A stretch of 64,000 nt of DNA from the NCBI GenBank assembly GCA_963711565.1, contig CAVQEQ010000004.1, forward strand, positions 1-64,000. Direction: 5' to 3'. Shown piece by piece: positions 1-9,760 of the stretch. The notes under the pieces are model-generated. The model saw nothing but the letters and a program-made list of their open reading frames with translations, was not told the origin of the DNA and made no database searches. Positions within the stretch are counted from its first letter, which is position 1; each line of letters starts with the position of its first letter. The translations under genes and the position numbers were made by a program. Source of the DNA: an uncultured delta proteobacterium. GTDB taxonomy: Bacteria > Desulfobacterota > Binatia > Binatales > Binataceae.

Positions 1-641
1 AACACGCGCGACTCATCTATACGCTCGACGACTATCTCGCCCACGGCATCATCGACGCCAACCAAGCCCAAGAGTTTCGAGGAGCGGTCGCCAGACGCGA
101 AAACATCGTGCTCGCCGGCGGAACCGGCTCCGGCAAGACGACGCTGGCAAACGCCCTGCTTCACGAGATGGTCCGGCTCGGAAATCCCACTGAGCGTTTC
201 ATCATCATCGAGGACACTCTCGAACTACATTGCGACGCGCCAAACGTGATGCAGCTTCATACGACGGTCGCAGCGGACCTCACCTTCCTTACACGCACAA
301 CAATGCGCGCGCGTCCCGACCGCATAATCATCGGTGAGGTTCGCGGCGGAGAAGCACTGGCGCTGCTCAAGGCCTGGAATACCGGCCACCCCGGCGGCGT
401 GACTACAGTGCACGCCAATAGCGCAGCAGCCGCGCTCACTCGACTGGGCAGTCTGGTTCAAGAGGCAGGAGTACCGCCCCAGCCGGATCTGATCTCACAG
501 ACCGTCAATGTTTTGGCTTTTATTACCCGCACGCCCAAGGGGCGGCGCGTGACCGAGATGGTTCGCGTTGAGGGCTACGATCCCGCATTCGGTTTCAAAA
601 TCAGTTCGATAGGAGGCCGTCATGAACTCGATCATCAGTAG
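1..641 (+). CDS. trbB: Conjugal transfer ATPase TrbB/VirB11 (5' end outside window)
   Basis: GGTGSGKTT Walker A, IEDTLEL, RPDRIIIGEVRGGEA, WNTGHPGG-TTVHA. Confidence 0.95.
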   Translation, partial: HARLIYTLDDYLAHGIIDANQAQEFRGAVARRENIVLAGGTGSGKTTLANALLHEMVRLGNPTERFIIIEDTLELHCDAPNVMQLHTTVAADLTFLTRTTMRARPDRIIIGEVRGGEALALLKAWNTGHPGGVTTVHANSAAAALTRLGSLVQEAGVPPQPDLISQTVNVLAFITRTPKGRRVTEMVRVEGYDPAFGFKISSIGGRHELDHQ

Positions 642-972
642 GATTCACTCGTGCACCGACCAGTGGTTCAGCAAACTGAGCTACGCGATCGCCGTGGTAG
701 CGATTCTGTGGCCTGCGCAAGCGCTGGCAACCACAGGAGTCGGTACTCTGCCGTGGGACGCGCCACTCGCGACGATTCAGGGAGACCTGCAGGGCACCGT
801 CGCCCATGCCGCGACAACAATAGCCGTGATCGGCTGCGGGCTTACCTGGACCTTCAGCGAGCATGGCACCGGCGCGCGGAAAATGTCCGCAGTTGCACTA
901 GGAGGAGCGGCGGCGCTCGGAGCAACTCAGTTGATGACGGCGTTGTTTCCATTCGCGCCGACGCTCTTCTAG
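622..972 (+). CDS. trbC: Pilin TrbC/VirB2
   Basis: Signal-like N-terminus, LPWDAPL motif, two hydrophobic helices, position after trbB. Confidence 0.85.
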   Translation: MNSIISRIHSCTDQWFSKLSYAIAVVAILWPAQALATTGVGTLPWDAPLATIQGDLQGTVAHAATTIAVIGCGLTWTFSEHGTGARKMSAVALGGAAALGATQLMTALFPFAPTLF

Positions 973-993
973 TCAGGCGGTCAGGATCGGGCG

Positions 994-1326
994 ATGGACA
1001 CCGAGGTTCAACGAACGCTGATCCATCAAGCGCTCACGCGGCCGGTCTTGCTTGGAGGCGCCGAACGGCGGCTCGCGATCCTGAACTGGCTGATAGTCGC
1101 AGCGCTGATTTTCGGCGTCGGCCTACATCTATACACGGTTGCGATCGCGACGATCCTGGGCACCGCTGGTCACTGGGCGCTTCGACAGGCAGCCAAGTTC
1201 GATGCGCAACTGAGCGAGGTTTACATCCGGCACTTGCATTACCAGCGGTACTATCCGCCGCGTGCCACGATCACTGCCCCACCAGCACCCGTTCATCCGG
1301 CAGTGCCGAGGCTTCGGAAGTACTAG
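994..1326 (+). CDS. trbD: TrbD/VirB3
   Basis: IHQALTRPVLLGGAER, TM pair, AKFDAQ..YIRHLHYQRYY. Confidence 0.9.
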   Translation: MDTEVQRTLIHQALTRPVLLGGAERRLAILNWLIVAALIFGVGLHLYTVAIATILGTAGHWALRQAAKFDAQLSEVYIRHLHYQRYYPPRATITAPPAPVHPAVPRLRKY

Positions 1327-1335
1327 GGGACAGAA

Positions 1336-3849
1336 GTGATGTTCAAAGAATTCAGAAACCTTCAGCGCAAATCAGATAGACTCGGAGGTTTTGCAGACCT
1401 CCTCAACTACGCGGCGCTCATCGACCCCGGCATAGCTCTATTGAAGGACGGCTCGCTCCTGGCCGGCTGGCGCTACGGCGGTCCCGACTTGAACTCCGCA
1501 AGTCCCGAGGAAATGACGGCTCTCGCTCATCAGGTAAATGCCGGGCTGGCCCGGTCGGGCGACGGCTGGATGATGAACGTCGATCTCATCCGCAAACCGA
1601 GCATCGGCTATCCGGAGGCCGGAGCTTTTCCGGACCCCATTACGGCGCTGATCGATCACGAGCGGCGCCTTCACTACACGGAGGAAGGCCAGCACTTCGA
1701 GAGTCGCTTCGCGCTGACTCTCACCTGGACGCCACCCACCGAGATGCAGTCGCGGGCCGCTGGCCTGTTCTTCCAAGGCCGCAGAGCAACCGATTGGGAG
1801 GAGACGCTCGATGTCTTCAGGCGCAGCCTCGCGGAGAATGAAGACGCCCTGAGCGCCAGACTCCTCATGCAACGTATGGACGACGTTGCGCTCCTGTCGC
1901 ACCTGAACTCCTGCATCGGCGCACGCCACGATCCGATCAGGCCGCCTGCCGAGGGTAACTTTCTCGACGTTCTGCTCGGCAATCACGAATTCCATGCGGG
2001 CTTCCAGCCCATGCTCGATGACCTTCACATTCGCGTGATTGGCTTAACTGGCCTTCCACTTCACTCCTGGCCCGAAGTCACCGCATTTCTGGATGAGCTT
2101 GCGATTGCGTACCGATGGTCAACACGCTTCATCTTCCTTGATCCGGCCGAGGCTGAACGGGCTCTTCGCATCCAGCGGCGCAACTGGTTCCAGAAGCGCC
2201 ATGGGCTGTCCGGCATGATCAAACAAGTGTTCAGCAACGGCGCGTCGCAGAGCTTTGAGAACAAAGATGCGCTGGCTATGGCTGAAGACGCGGACGACGC
2301 GCTTGCCGAGGCGAGCTCGAATCGGGTCCGCTTTGGTTACTACACGAGCAGCATCATCTTGATGGACGAGAATCGTTTGGCAGCCGAGTCCAACGCGAGA
2401 GAGATCGCAAAGCAACTGCAGCATCATGGCTTCCCCGCTGTCATCGAGCACGTCAACGCGAACGAGGCGTACGTTGGCTCGCTTCCAGGCCACGGGTATC
2501 GAAACGTCCGGCGACCGCTGATCCACACACGCAACCTAGCCGACCTCATGCCGACGACCAACGTGTGGCCAGGGGAGGAGATCAACCCCTGTCCGTTCTA
2601 TCCGGAAAACAGTCCGCCGTTATGCTACGCCGCGACGACCGGCGGAACGCCTTTTCGCCTCAACCTGCACGTGGGCGACGTCGGCCACAGCCTGATCTTC
2701 GGTCCGACTGGCTCCGGCAAATCCACGCTACTCGGCCTGTTAATCGCACAGTTCTTCCGGTATCCGAACGCCCAAGTTTTCTGCTTCGACAAGGGTCTGT
2801 CAGCATTCGTGCTCACCAGAGCCGCCGGCGGCGATCACTACGATCTCGGGGAAAGCGAAATCTCTTTCTGTCCCCTTGCGAAGGTAAACGACGATAACGA
2901 GCGGATGTGGGCGCAGGACTGGCTGGAAACTCTGCTCAACTTGCAGGGTGTGACCCTCCTTCCCCAACATCGGAAAGCGATCTGGCGTGCCCTCCAGCTA
3001 CTGGGCGACAGCGGATCTGACGCCCGAACCATCACGGACCTGGTTCGACTGCTTCAGGATCAGACGCTACGCGACGGCCTCGATTTCTATTCTCTTCACG
3101 GCCCGATGGGCCGTTTTCTGGACGCCGACAAGGATGCGCTGGGGAGCAGCCGATTCCAGACTTTCGAGATCGAAGCTCTGATGGCAATGGGTGAAAAGGT
3201 TTTGCTGCCGGTCCTGACGTATCTCTTTCACCGGATCGATCAGCGCTTGGACGGAAGACCGACGCTTATCGTGCTCGACGAAGCATGGGTGATGCTCGCG
3301 AACGGCGCGTTTGGTGCGAAGATCGAGGATTGGCTGCGAACGCTGCGCAAGAAGAACGCGGCCGTCGTGCTTTCCACCCAAAGTCTGGTTGAAGTCGCCA
3401 ATTCTCCGCAGCGCGACGTGATTCTCGAGTCGTGTCCGACGAAGATTCTGCTACCTAATCCCGAGGCGCAGAATCCCGTCACCGCCGATCTCTATCGCAA
3501 GTTCGGCCTGACCAGCCGACAGGTCGAGATGCTGTCGCTCGCGGTGCCTAAGCGCCAGTACTACTACCTTTCGTCTGCCGGGCGGCGGCTGTTCGATTTG
3601 GCGCTCGGAGAGGCCACTCTGGCTTTTATCGGTTCGGGGTCGAAGCCGGACATCCTCAAGGCCCGTCAGCTGATCACAAAACACGGTGATGGCTGGGCGA
3701 GCGAATGGCTTCGCATCCGAGGATTGGACGACTGGGCGGAATACTGGGAAAGCCGCGATACCAGGGCCTGCGCGCCATTCACCGAAATTCTCTCCGTCAA
3801 CGGAAATGGAAAGCTCCCCAAGGAGGAACTGCGATGGCACGACGCATAG
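1336..3849 (+). CDS. trbE: TrbE/VirB4 ATPase
   Basis: GDVGHSLIFGPTGSGKST, FDKG, LDEAW, LRKKNAAVVLSTQS; 837 aa. Confidence 0.97.
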   Translation: MMFKEFRNLQRKSDRLGGFADLLNYAALIDPGIALLKDGSLLAGWRYGGPDLNSASPEEMTALAHQVNAGLARSGDGWMMNVDLIRKPSIGYPEAGAFPDPITALIDHERRLHYTEEGQHFESRFALTLTWTPPTEMQSRAAGLFFQGRRATDWEETLDVFRRSLAENEDALSARLLMQRMDDVALLSHLNSCIGARHDPIRPPAEGNFLDVLLGNHEFHAGFQPMLDDLHIRVIGLTGLPLHSWPEVTAFLDELAIAYRWSTRFIFLDPAEAERALRIQRRNWFQKRHGLSGMIKQVFSNGASQSFENKDALAMAEDADDALAEASSNRVRFGYYTSSIILMDENRLAAESNAREIAKQLQHHGFPAVIEHVNANEAYVGSLPGHGYRNVRRPLIHTRNLADLMPTTNVWPGEEINPCPFYPENSPPLCYAATTGGTPFRLNLHVGDVGHSLIFGPTGSGKSTLLGLLIAQFFRYPNAQVFCFDKGLSAFVLTRAAGGDHYDLGESEISFCPLAKVNDDNERMWAQDWLETLLNLQGVTLLPQHRKAIWRALQLLGDSGSDARTITDLVRLLQDQTLRDGLDFYSLHGPMGRFLDADKDALGSSRFQTFEIEALMAMGEKVLLPVLTYLFHRIDQRLDGRPTLIVLDEAWVMLANGAFGAKIEDWLRTLRKKNAAVVLSTQSLVEVANSPQRDVILESCPTKILLPNPEAQNPVTADLYRKFGLTSRQVEMLSLAVPKRQYYYLSSAGRRLFDLALGEATLAFIGSGSKPDILKARQLITKHGDGWASEWLRIRGLDDWAEYWESRDTRACAPFTEILSVNGNGKLPKEELRWHDA

Positions 3850-4544
3850 CAACAATGGCGTTAATTGCTTTTCTTTTGGTGCCTCTATCGGCGCGAGCGC
3901 AGTTCGGTGGGGGAACACAGATCGTCTTTGACCCGAGTATGTTCGCTCGGCAACTGCAGCAGCTTCAGCAAGAAACTCAAACCGTTCTCACTGAGGCACA
4001 GCAACTCCAGTACATGATCAGGAACACCACCGGCGGATACGCCGGCGTATGGCAATCAAGTCAGTCTATGCTCGACGAACTGGGCGGGATCATTCAACAG
4101 CAGGGCGGTCTTTCCTATTCGCTCAGCAACCTGCAGTCGCAGTTCCAACAACAGTTTCCCGGCTACACCGTGCCATCCAATCCGGACCAACAGGAAGCCC
4201 AGAACATCGCCACCACGTTGAATACCCTCAACGGCACTCTGGCGGCAGCCCAATCGCAAGCGCAAAATTTTGCCAACGAGCAGGCGCAATTCGGCGAGCT
4301 CGAAGGTATGAACAAAACCGCTGCGGGAAATTTGCAGGCCGTCCAGGTCGGCAACGAAATCGCCTTGCAGCAGGCGCAGCAGATTCAGATGCTGAGGCAG
4401 TTGGTAGTCGCCATGATCAATGCGCAGAACGTCGTCGCCGCCAATGCAGTCAATCGCTCCGCGGCCGAAGACGCCAGCTCCCAACAGTGGCTTGGTGCCG
4501 GTCCGACCGTCCCATTTTCAGTGGCGCCGACAGCCGGTCAATAG
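3834..4544 (+). CDS. trbJ: TrbJ/VirB5-like
   Basis: Signal peptide (ARA|Q), IVFDP, Gln-rich, GNLQAVQVGNEIA..QIQMLRQL; start moved to ATG 3834 after GGAGG. Confidence 0.85.
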   Translation: MARRIATMALIAFLLVPLSARAQFGGGTQIVFDPSMFARQLQQLQQETQTVLTEAQQLQYMIRNTTGGYAGVWQSSQSMLDELGGIIQQQGGLSYSLSNLQSQFQQQFPGYTVPSNPDQQEAQNIATTLNTLNGTLAAAQSQAQNFANEQAQFGELEGMNKTAAGNLQAVQVGNEIALQQAQQIQMLRQLVVAMINAQNVVAANAVNRSAAEDASSQQWLGAGPTVPFSVAPTAGQ

Positions 4545-4561
4545 AGTCGACGGAGGCAGCC

Positions 4562-4903
4562 ATGAAACGTCTCGCGCTGTGCTTGTTGTTGGTCTCCATT
4601 TTCATTGTTACCGCTTGCCACAACAACAATGCTGACCAAACGCGCGACGCGCTTGCTTCCCTCCAGTCGAACGCTCCCAATCAGCAATATGGTCCCGCCT
4701 TCTGGAGCGGCGAGTATCAGCAGAAGACGGATCTATGGCAGCGCGCCTTCGATTTCTGTAGCCAACCCGAGCACCAGGATCATCCGAACTGTGCAGCAGT
4801 CCTGAGCCAAACGGAGACCCCCGGCGCGAAAAGCTGGTTGGGCGGAGGCACCAACGTTCCCTTCGGACTGCAGCCGCAACCAACTGGAAGCCCAAGTCAT
4901 TAG
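4562..4903 (+). CDS. Small lipoprotein, probable entry-exclusion TrbK-like protein
   Basis: GGAGG RBS, MKRLAL..VTAC lipobox, located between trbJ and trbL. Confidence 0.65.
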   Translation: MKRLALCLLLVSIFIVTACHNNNADQTRDALASLQSNAPNQQYGPAFWSGEYQQKTDLWQRAFDFCSQPEHQDHPNCAAVLSQTETPGAKSWLGGGTNVPFGLQPQPTGSPSH

Positions 4904-4914
4904 AGGCAGCGAAT

Positions 4915-5976
4915 ATGAACAACCTCGACAATATAGGCCAGACATTTCAATGGGCCGGTCAGCGATACATGGCGATCATGCAGCCTTTTGCGGAGAAGAT
5001 TTTTCTAGGTTTGGTACTCATCGAGATAATCATAACGTGTGTACACTTCCTCGCCGACCAAGATGAGCCCACCCGCCTTCTCGCCGAGTTAGTTAAAAAG
5101 TCACTCGCTCTAGGCTTTCTGTATGCGATGATCGTCAACGCGCCAATCTGGTTCAGCGCTATTGTCCAGGGCTTCCAACAGATAGGTGGACAAGCCGCAG
5201 GTATACCTGGGCTCAGCCCCAGCTCTGCTTTCAACAGCGGGCTCGCACTTTTCCAGATCATTTATCGTGGCTTCGGGAGTCTCGGTTGGTTTCACGTTAC
5301 GCTGGCAGCTCTGATCGCATTGATCGCCGGGTTGATCATGTTCTTGTCATTCGCCCTCATAGCCGGCCAAATGCTGCTGGCCCTTTGCGAGGCATACGTT
5401 GGCGCTGGAGGTGGTGTGCTTCTTCTGGGATTTAGCGGATCACGCTGGACGATTAAGTTTGCAGAAGGCTTCTTAGGTTGGATCGTGGGGGTGGGGATCA
5501 AGGTGTTTTTCTTATACTTGATGGTTGGGATAGGACTTACTATCACGGCGGGTTGGAACACCGCTCTGCTCGGTTGGACAACCGGCGACCCGTCCCTTCC
5601 CCTAACGATCGCAGGCGGCGCGCTGATTTTCGCGCTTCTCGCTTGGACCATTCCAAACACCGCCGCATCGATCGTCGGCGGCGCGGTCTCGCTCAATTTA
5701 AGCCACGCCTTTGAAACCGCGATGGCTGGTTACGGCTTAGGCCGAATTGCGACGAGCCAGAAAGCCGCAGCAGCTGAATCTGGCGTCCCAGCGCAAGCTG
5801 GCAATTCGCTCGGTGCAAGCCTTGAAGCCGGCGATAGAGCCGCCACCAACAGGGCTCGCACGCCCTCAACTCATCCGACGGTCCAGATGCCCTCAAGCCG
5901 GGCGTCCGCTTCGTCCAGTCCAGCAGGGAGCCAAACGACGGCGGTGGGCCGCAGTTCGGCCACTCAATTTAGCTAA
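4915..5976 (+). CDS. trbL: TrbL/VirB6
   Basis: Polytopic membrane protein, LLGFSGSRWT..AE, low-complexity Ala/Ser tail. Confidence 0.9.
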   Translation: MNNLDNIGQTFQWAGQRYMAIMQPFAEKIFLGLVLIEIIITCVHFLADQDEPTRLLAELVKKSLALGFLYAMIVNAPIWFSAIVQGFQQIGGQAAGIPGLSPSSAFNSGLALFQIIYRGFGSLGWFHVTLAALIALIAGLIMFLSFALIAGQMLLALCEAYVGAGGGVLLLGFSGSRWTIKFAEGFLGWIVGVGIKVFFLYLMVGIGLTITAGWNTALLGWTTGDPSLPLTIAGGALIFALLAWTIPNTAASIVGGAVSLNLSHAFETAMAGYGLGRIATSQKAAAAESGVPAQAGNSLGASLEAGDRAATNRARTPSTHPTVQMPSSRASASSSPAGSQTTAVGRSSATQFS

Positions 5977-6122
5977 GCACACTGCCCGAACCTCTCTCTT
6001 TTGAGAAGCGCCGCGTACTGAAAATCGCAAGCCACCGCTGCCGACTCCTGCGTATGTCATGTTCGAATATCCGCGCCAATCGCGGAATTTCCAACAGATA
6101 AAGTAGCGCTTATGCAAATTCG

Positions 6123-6992
6123 CTAGGGCAAAGAAATTCCGAAGCGCTCCATCATCTCCCCAGACTTCGCCCAGGGCTCGCCGGGAATTATCACGACAAA
6201 GTTCGAATAGACTTTCTGAAAGGCCTCTTTGGCCGCAGCCTCTGTCAACTGGGCTGCTCGCTCCGCCGATAGCAAAGGCCTCACATCAGTAAGGAAACGA
6301 GGATTCCTCAATTTTGCAAACATCCGCCGCTCCCCTTCTGCGCGCGAAATCGATTGGCCGGACTTCTGCAGGTAGCGCCCAAGGTGCTCCACGAGATGTG
6401 CTTTGTCCAAGTCTTGGAAGACATCGATAGCATGAGCCAAGTCAAGAAGATCGCGGCCCTTGTCGCGCTGCAGCAAAGCGCGCAATTTCGTCGCGAGGAC
6501 TTCTTCGCGGGAGAATGTTGCTACAGCCGACGATCCTGAAAACCATGGATTAGTGACTTCGAACGAAATCCTTTGCGGAGGATCATAAGCCTCGGTTTCA
6601 GCGGTGTTGATCTCAATCTTAAGCCTAATGAGCGCAGAGGTACTCGGATCTTCCGCTTGGGCTCTGAACCTCAGTTTTGGAGCCACTGGGCTCTGATCGA
6701 ACGCCGCACGCCCCAGCCAGGGCTCCAACACCTTACGCACTTGGTTCAAGATCGGTCCGATCGGCCCCGAGGTCGTCCTGACCAAATCGATGTCTTCGGA
6801 GTAGCGTATCGGTACAGGGAAATGGAGCTTGTTTAACGCGGTGCCGCCTCGAAACCTAAGCTGAGAAGCGAGGAAAGAGTCGGAGAAGAGTTCAACGATC
6901 GCGCGGCTGATGATGAGATCCTGTTCGACTTGGCGCAAGTCGGCCCAGGGAACAACGTTGCTCCACGCAACGATATTCATCTTCGGGATCAT
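6123..6992 (-). CDS. AbiEii-family nucleotidyltransferase toxin (type IV TA)
   Basis: QVEQDLIISR, FRGGTAL, RYSEDIDL, KLRAL-QR-KGRDL-DL. Confidence 0.93.
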   Translation of the reverse strand: MIPKMNIVAWSNVVPWADLRQVEQDLIISRAIVELFSDSFLASQLRFRGGTALNKLHFPVPIRYSEDIDLVRTTSGPIGPILNQVRKVLEPWLGRAAFDQSPVAPKLRFRAQAEDPSTSALIRLKIEINTAETEAYDPPQRISFEVTNPWFSGSSAVATFSREEVLATKLRALLQRDKGRDLLDLAHAIDVFQDLDKAHLVEHLGRYLQKSGQSISRAEGERRMFAKLRNPRFLTDVRPLLSAERAAQLTEAAAKEAFQKVYSNFVVIIPGEPWAKSGEMMERFGISLP

Positions 6993-7816
6993 TCATCACC
7001 CTCCGGTACCCGACGAACAATCACGCGCCACCGATCGTCGCGTTCCACGGCTTCTGGAGCGAGATCGCGCTTGCTATTCTCGGTCGGGTCCAACTCAACC
7101 CATTCCAACGATCCGTTCCGACTTAGGCTCTTGAGCAAACTTTCGGCACGCCTTCGATAGTGCAGTTGATCCAAGAGATACCCAAGCCGCTGCACAACCG
7201 GCCGCTCGAATGAGGCGGAAAGCGCCGCGAGTCTCTTTGCATCAACCTTCGGGGCAAGCTCTGACAGAACTGTGACGATGTTGTCGAGGCCGCCGGCAGC
7301 GCGCCGATATCGAAGCAAATCTAGCGCAGTCAATTCGACCGAGGAGACTTTCATCTGACCGGTGTCTGTCTTGCGCGATTCGACGCCGGGGGCAATCGAG
7401 TTCATTTCTTTACGGTAGTAGAACGCAAGGATCGATCTGCCGATGCTCATCTCAGGCAACCGCTTGTCTGTCACTACCTGAAACTCCATAACCGCTTGGT
7501 GTGTCGCTCCATGGAGTTCGGCAGCTTTAAGCAGGCCGACGTAATAGGGTCGGCCTTCGTGTTTCATTAGATCGTCGATATACCAGGGAGGAGGCGGCGC
7601 GCCCCAAGCGAAGAACTGGGGAGGCACCACGATATAGAAACCGCGACGAGGGTTAACCAAATGGCCGCTACGCTGAAGCCGCTCCGCCGCGTCGAGAAAG
7701 GCGCCGCGTCCAATCCTCAGAGCCTCTGTGGCCTCATCCGCTGAGAAGACGATACGCCCAGCCGACTGCAACTCTCTGAGGAGGGCTGCGAGCGATGACT
7801 TTCGAGCCGAAATCAT
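6989..7816 (-). CDS. AbiEi-family antitoxin
   Basis: RRGFY, YYVGLLKAAELHGA-HQ, ELTALDL, QRLGYLL; ATGA overlap with the toxin. Confidence 0.9.
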   Translation of the reverse strand: MISARKSSLAALLRELQSAGRIVFSADEATEALRIGRGAFLDAAERLQRSGHLVNPRRGFYIVVPPQFFAWGAPPPPWYIDDLMKHEGRPYYVGLLKAAELHGATHQAVMEFQVVTDKRLPEMSIGRSILAFYYRKEMNSIAPGVESRKTDTGQMKVSSVELTALDLLRYRRAAGGLDNIVTVLSELAPKVDAKRLAALSASFERPVVQRLGYLLDQLHYRRRAESLLKSLSRNGSLEWVELDPTENSKRDLAPEAVERDDRWRVIVRRVPEGDE

Positions 7817-7825
7817 GTTTGATTA

Positions 7826-7842
7826 TCCGCTATTAGAGCGGA
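7826..7842. promoter_or_regulatory. Inverted repeat upstream of abiEi (candidate autoregulatory operator)
   Basis: TCCGCT-attag-AGCGGA, 10 bp before the start codon; short, so it may be chance. Confidence 0.35.
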
Positions 7843-7994
7843 ATTTACAACATGGTGTGGCCTGAGCATAGGCGCCATTTTGGACGCAACCGCTACGCCG
7901 ACGTTCTCAAAAAGGACGATTATAGAGGTTTTCCAGCCGACGGGTTGTCGATACCCGGCCTGAGAAGTCTGTAGCGCGGTCCGCGCCATCCGCG

Positions 7995-8240
7995 GTGCTC
8001 TTCATGCTCGAGCTGCACGACTTCTGTCATCAACAGATACCTTCGATTGCCTGCTCCCTCGAAATAATTCTGCGTTCCCATCACCTACTGAATTGCGTGA
8101 GCATGACCGCTCAACTCGCCTCTAGCGAGAATGATACGGCCGTCCTCGGGATTAATTGGTTTCCAGTTCGCGATGGCTGGTCAATCTTGACCAGGAGCAC
8201 GTCCCCTTGTCGGTATTGTTTTCAACATTCTTTTCTTCAT
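7995..8240 (-). pseudogene. Degraded conserved hypothetical gene (RQGDVLL..LAxGExxGHxH..LxHEEH family)
   Basis: Manual translation QYRQGDVLLVKID..ILARGELSGHAHAIQ* then, after the break, FEGAGNRRYLL..LEHEEH; absent from the ORF track. Confidence 0.55.
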
Positions 8241-8468
8241 TGATCCTCTTTAATTTCAACTTACCGGGCAAAATTAGAGATGGTCCCCTTCATGGTTGCC
8301 CATCGCAAAAGCTATCCTGCCTAGATACCAGGTCGCGGTGACAACGGTTGTCAGGCAACAGTGGTACGTTGTTGCTATGACTCGGTCGCATTCCGCGGCC
8401 GATATGGAAAGTGGCAACGAATTCAAAAGCCGACGCGAACTAAACAACCCGAACGGGAGGAAAGCTCA

Positions 8469-8684
8469 ATGTTCAAAAGCCGATTCATTCGCAATGCCGG
8501 TGGTCTCGTGGCGGGACGGATTGACGAAGATGACCATGGCTCGCGGGCGTACGATGCGGGAGGCACTTTTGTAGGGCGCTACAATCGTTTCTCGGATCAG
8601 ACCTTCGACAATAGCGGACGAGTCTTCGCGCTCAGCGGCGATGCGCTGACAGCTTTGATATTCGGTAAAAAACGTAAACAATAG
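8469..8684 (+). CDS. Small beta-hairpin-repeat hypothetical protein
   Basis: GGAGG RBS; repeated (Y/F)DxxGxxxG units. Confidence 0.6.
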   Translation: MFKSRFIRNAGGLVAGRIDEDDHGSRAYDAGGTFVGRYNRFSDQTFDNSGRVFALSGDALTALIFGKKRKQ

Positions 8685-9333
8685 TCATGCACTGCAACGG
8701 AAGCGGGTTAAAGGGTGCGCCGGAACTAGAGAGGTGGAATATAAAGCCGCCAACCTTACGCGACGGCTCCGACCGACCACCAAGCAAACGTTTTTCGCTT
8801 GGAGAAGGCCCAAAACTAGGCGGGGACCGCGCGGGTTAAGTGGCTTCTGCTGCGAGTACAGGAGAAATGTCCAACTGGTGCAGTTCCAGGTAGCCCGACC
8901 ATGGAGGGAGTCCTAGCTTGTCTGGGGGGTGTTGGAGTGGGTCTGCGCGAGAAGGTCGCCCAAGGGTTCTGAAAAATGAAAGTTTGGACCGGGGCGGCGC
9001 CGAGTACCTCCAAGGGTAGCCAAGCGTCAAGGCTTCGCCGCACATCGCTTTCTCGCTCGCTTCGCCCCTACTCGTGCTGCTCGGACGCTGCTCGGTCAAC
9101 TTCGTGCCACGCCGCTGTCTGTATGTGGCTGGGTTGCCCGAGATGGGAACTGCTACGATGTGGTCCCTGAGTAGCTTAGCCCGCGCTGCCCTACGGCAGC
9201 CTTCCGCACTAGTGTGTTCGTTTGGTACAAACATACGATCGTGTGTGCGTCTCGCGTTTTGCCTCCCGTCGCAGTCTGGGCCGGATTGATAGCTACGATG
9301 TGGTTTTGAACCAAGAATTGATGGAGGGAAATC

Positions 9334-9645
9334 TTGGCCAAGCTCGTCAACATAGGACCACACTCTAAGAACCTCAAGAAGTTCACTTCAAAGGCGTGGA
9401 CGATTCGACGGAGTGGTCGGTCGGTTATAATAAAATGGGGGCCGGTCGAATCGAGAGGTTATGGAACCGGGTCGCGTCTGCGGTGGGCAATGAGACTCCC
9501 AAAACGGCAGACGAAGCGGTTGAGAACAGAAGCACTGGCCGCTTCCTATGTGAAGAAGAGAATCGCCGTGCGTTTAAGTCACGGCTACAAGCGAATGGCC
9601 GGTAAAGTGCGAATCTATCCGCCGCTGCGGCGCAAGACACCTTAG
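9334..9645 (+). CDS. Basic WGR-like domain protein
   Basis: GGAGGG RBS + TTG; VIIKWG..A..YVKKRI..HGY pattern. Confidence 0.5.
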   Translation: MAKLVNIGPHSKNLKKFTSKAWTIRRSGRSVIIKWGPVESRGYGTGSRLRWAMRLPKRQTKRLRTEALAASYVKKRIAVRLSHGYKRMAGKVRIYPPLRRKTP

Positions 9646-9760
9646 TATTCATACCGAACCGACCAAGTTTTTCACCTGTCCTCATATGACTTCGGTTACC
9701 CCGCGCAGGACGCCGTGGAAAAGCCCGGCAAGTAAAGATTGAGGTCGATCCTCGCGTCGC

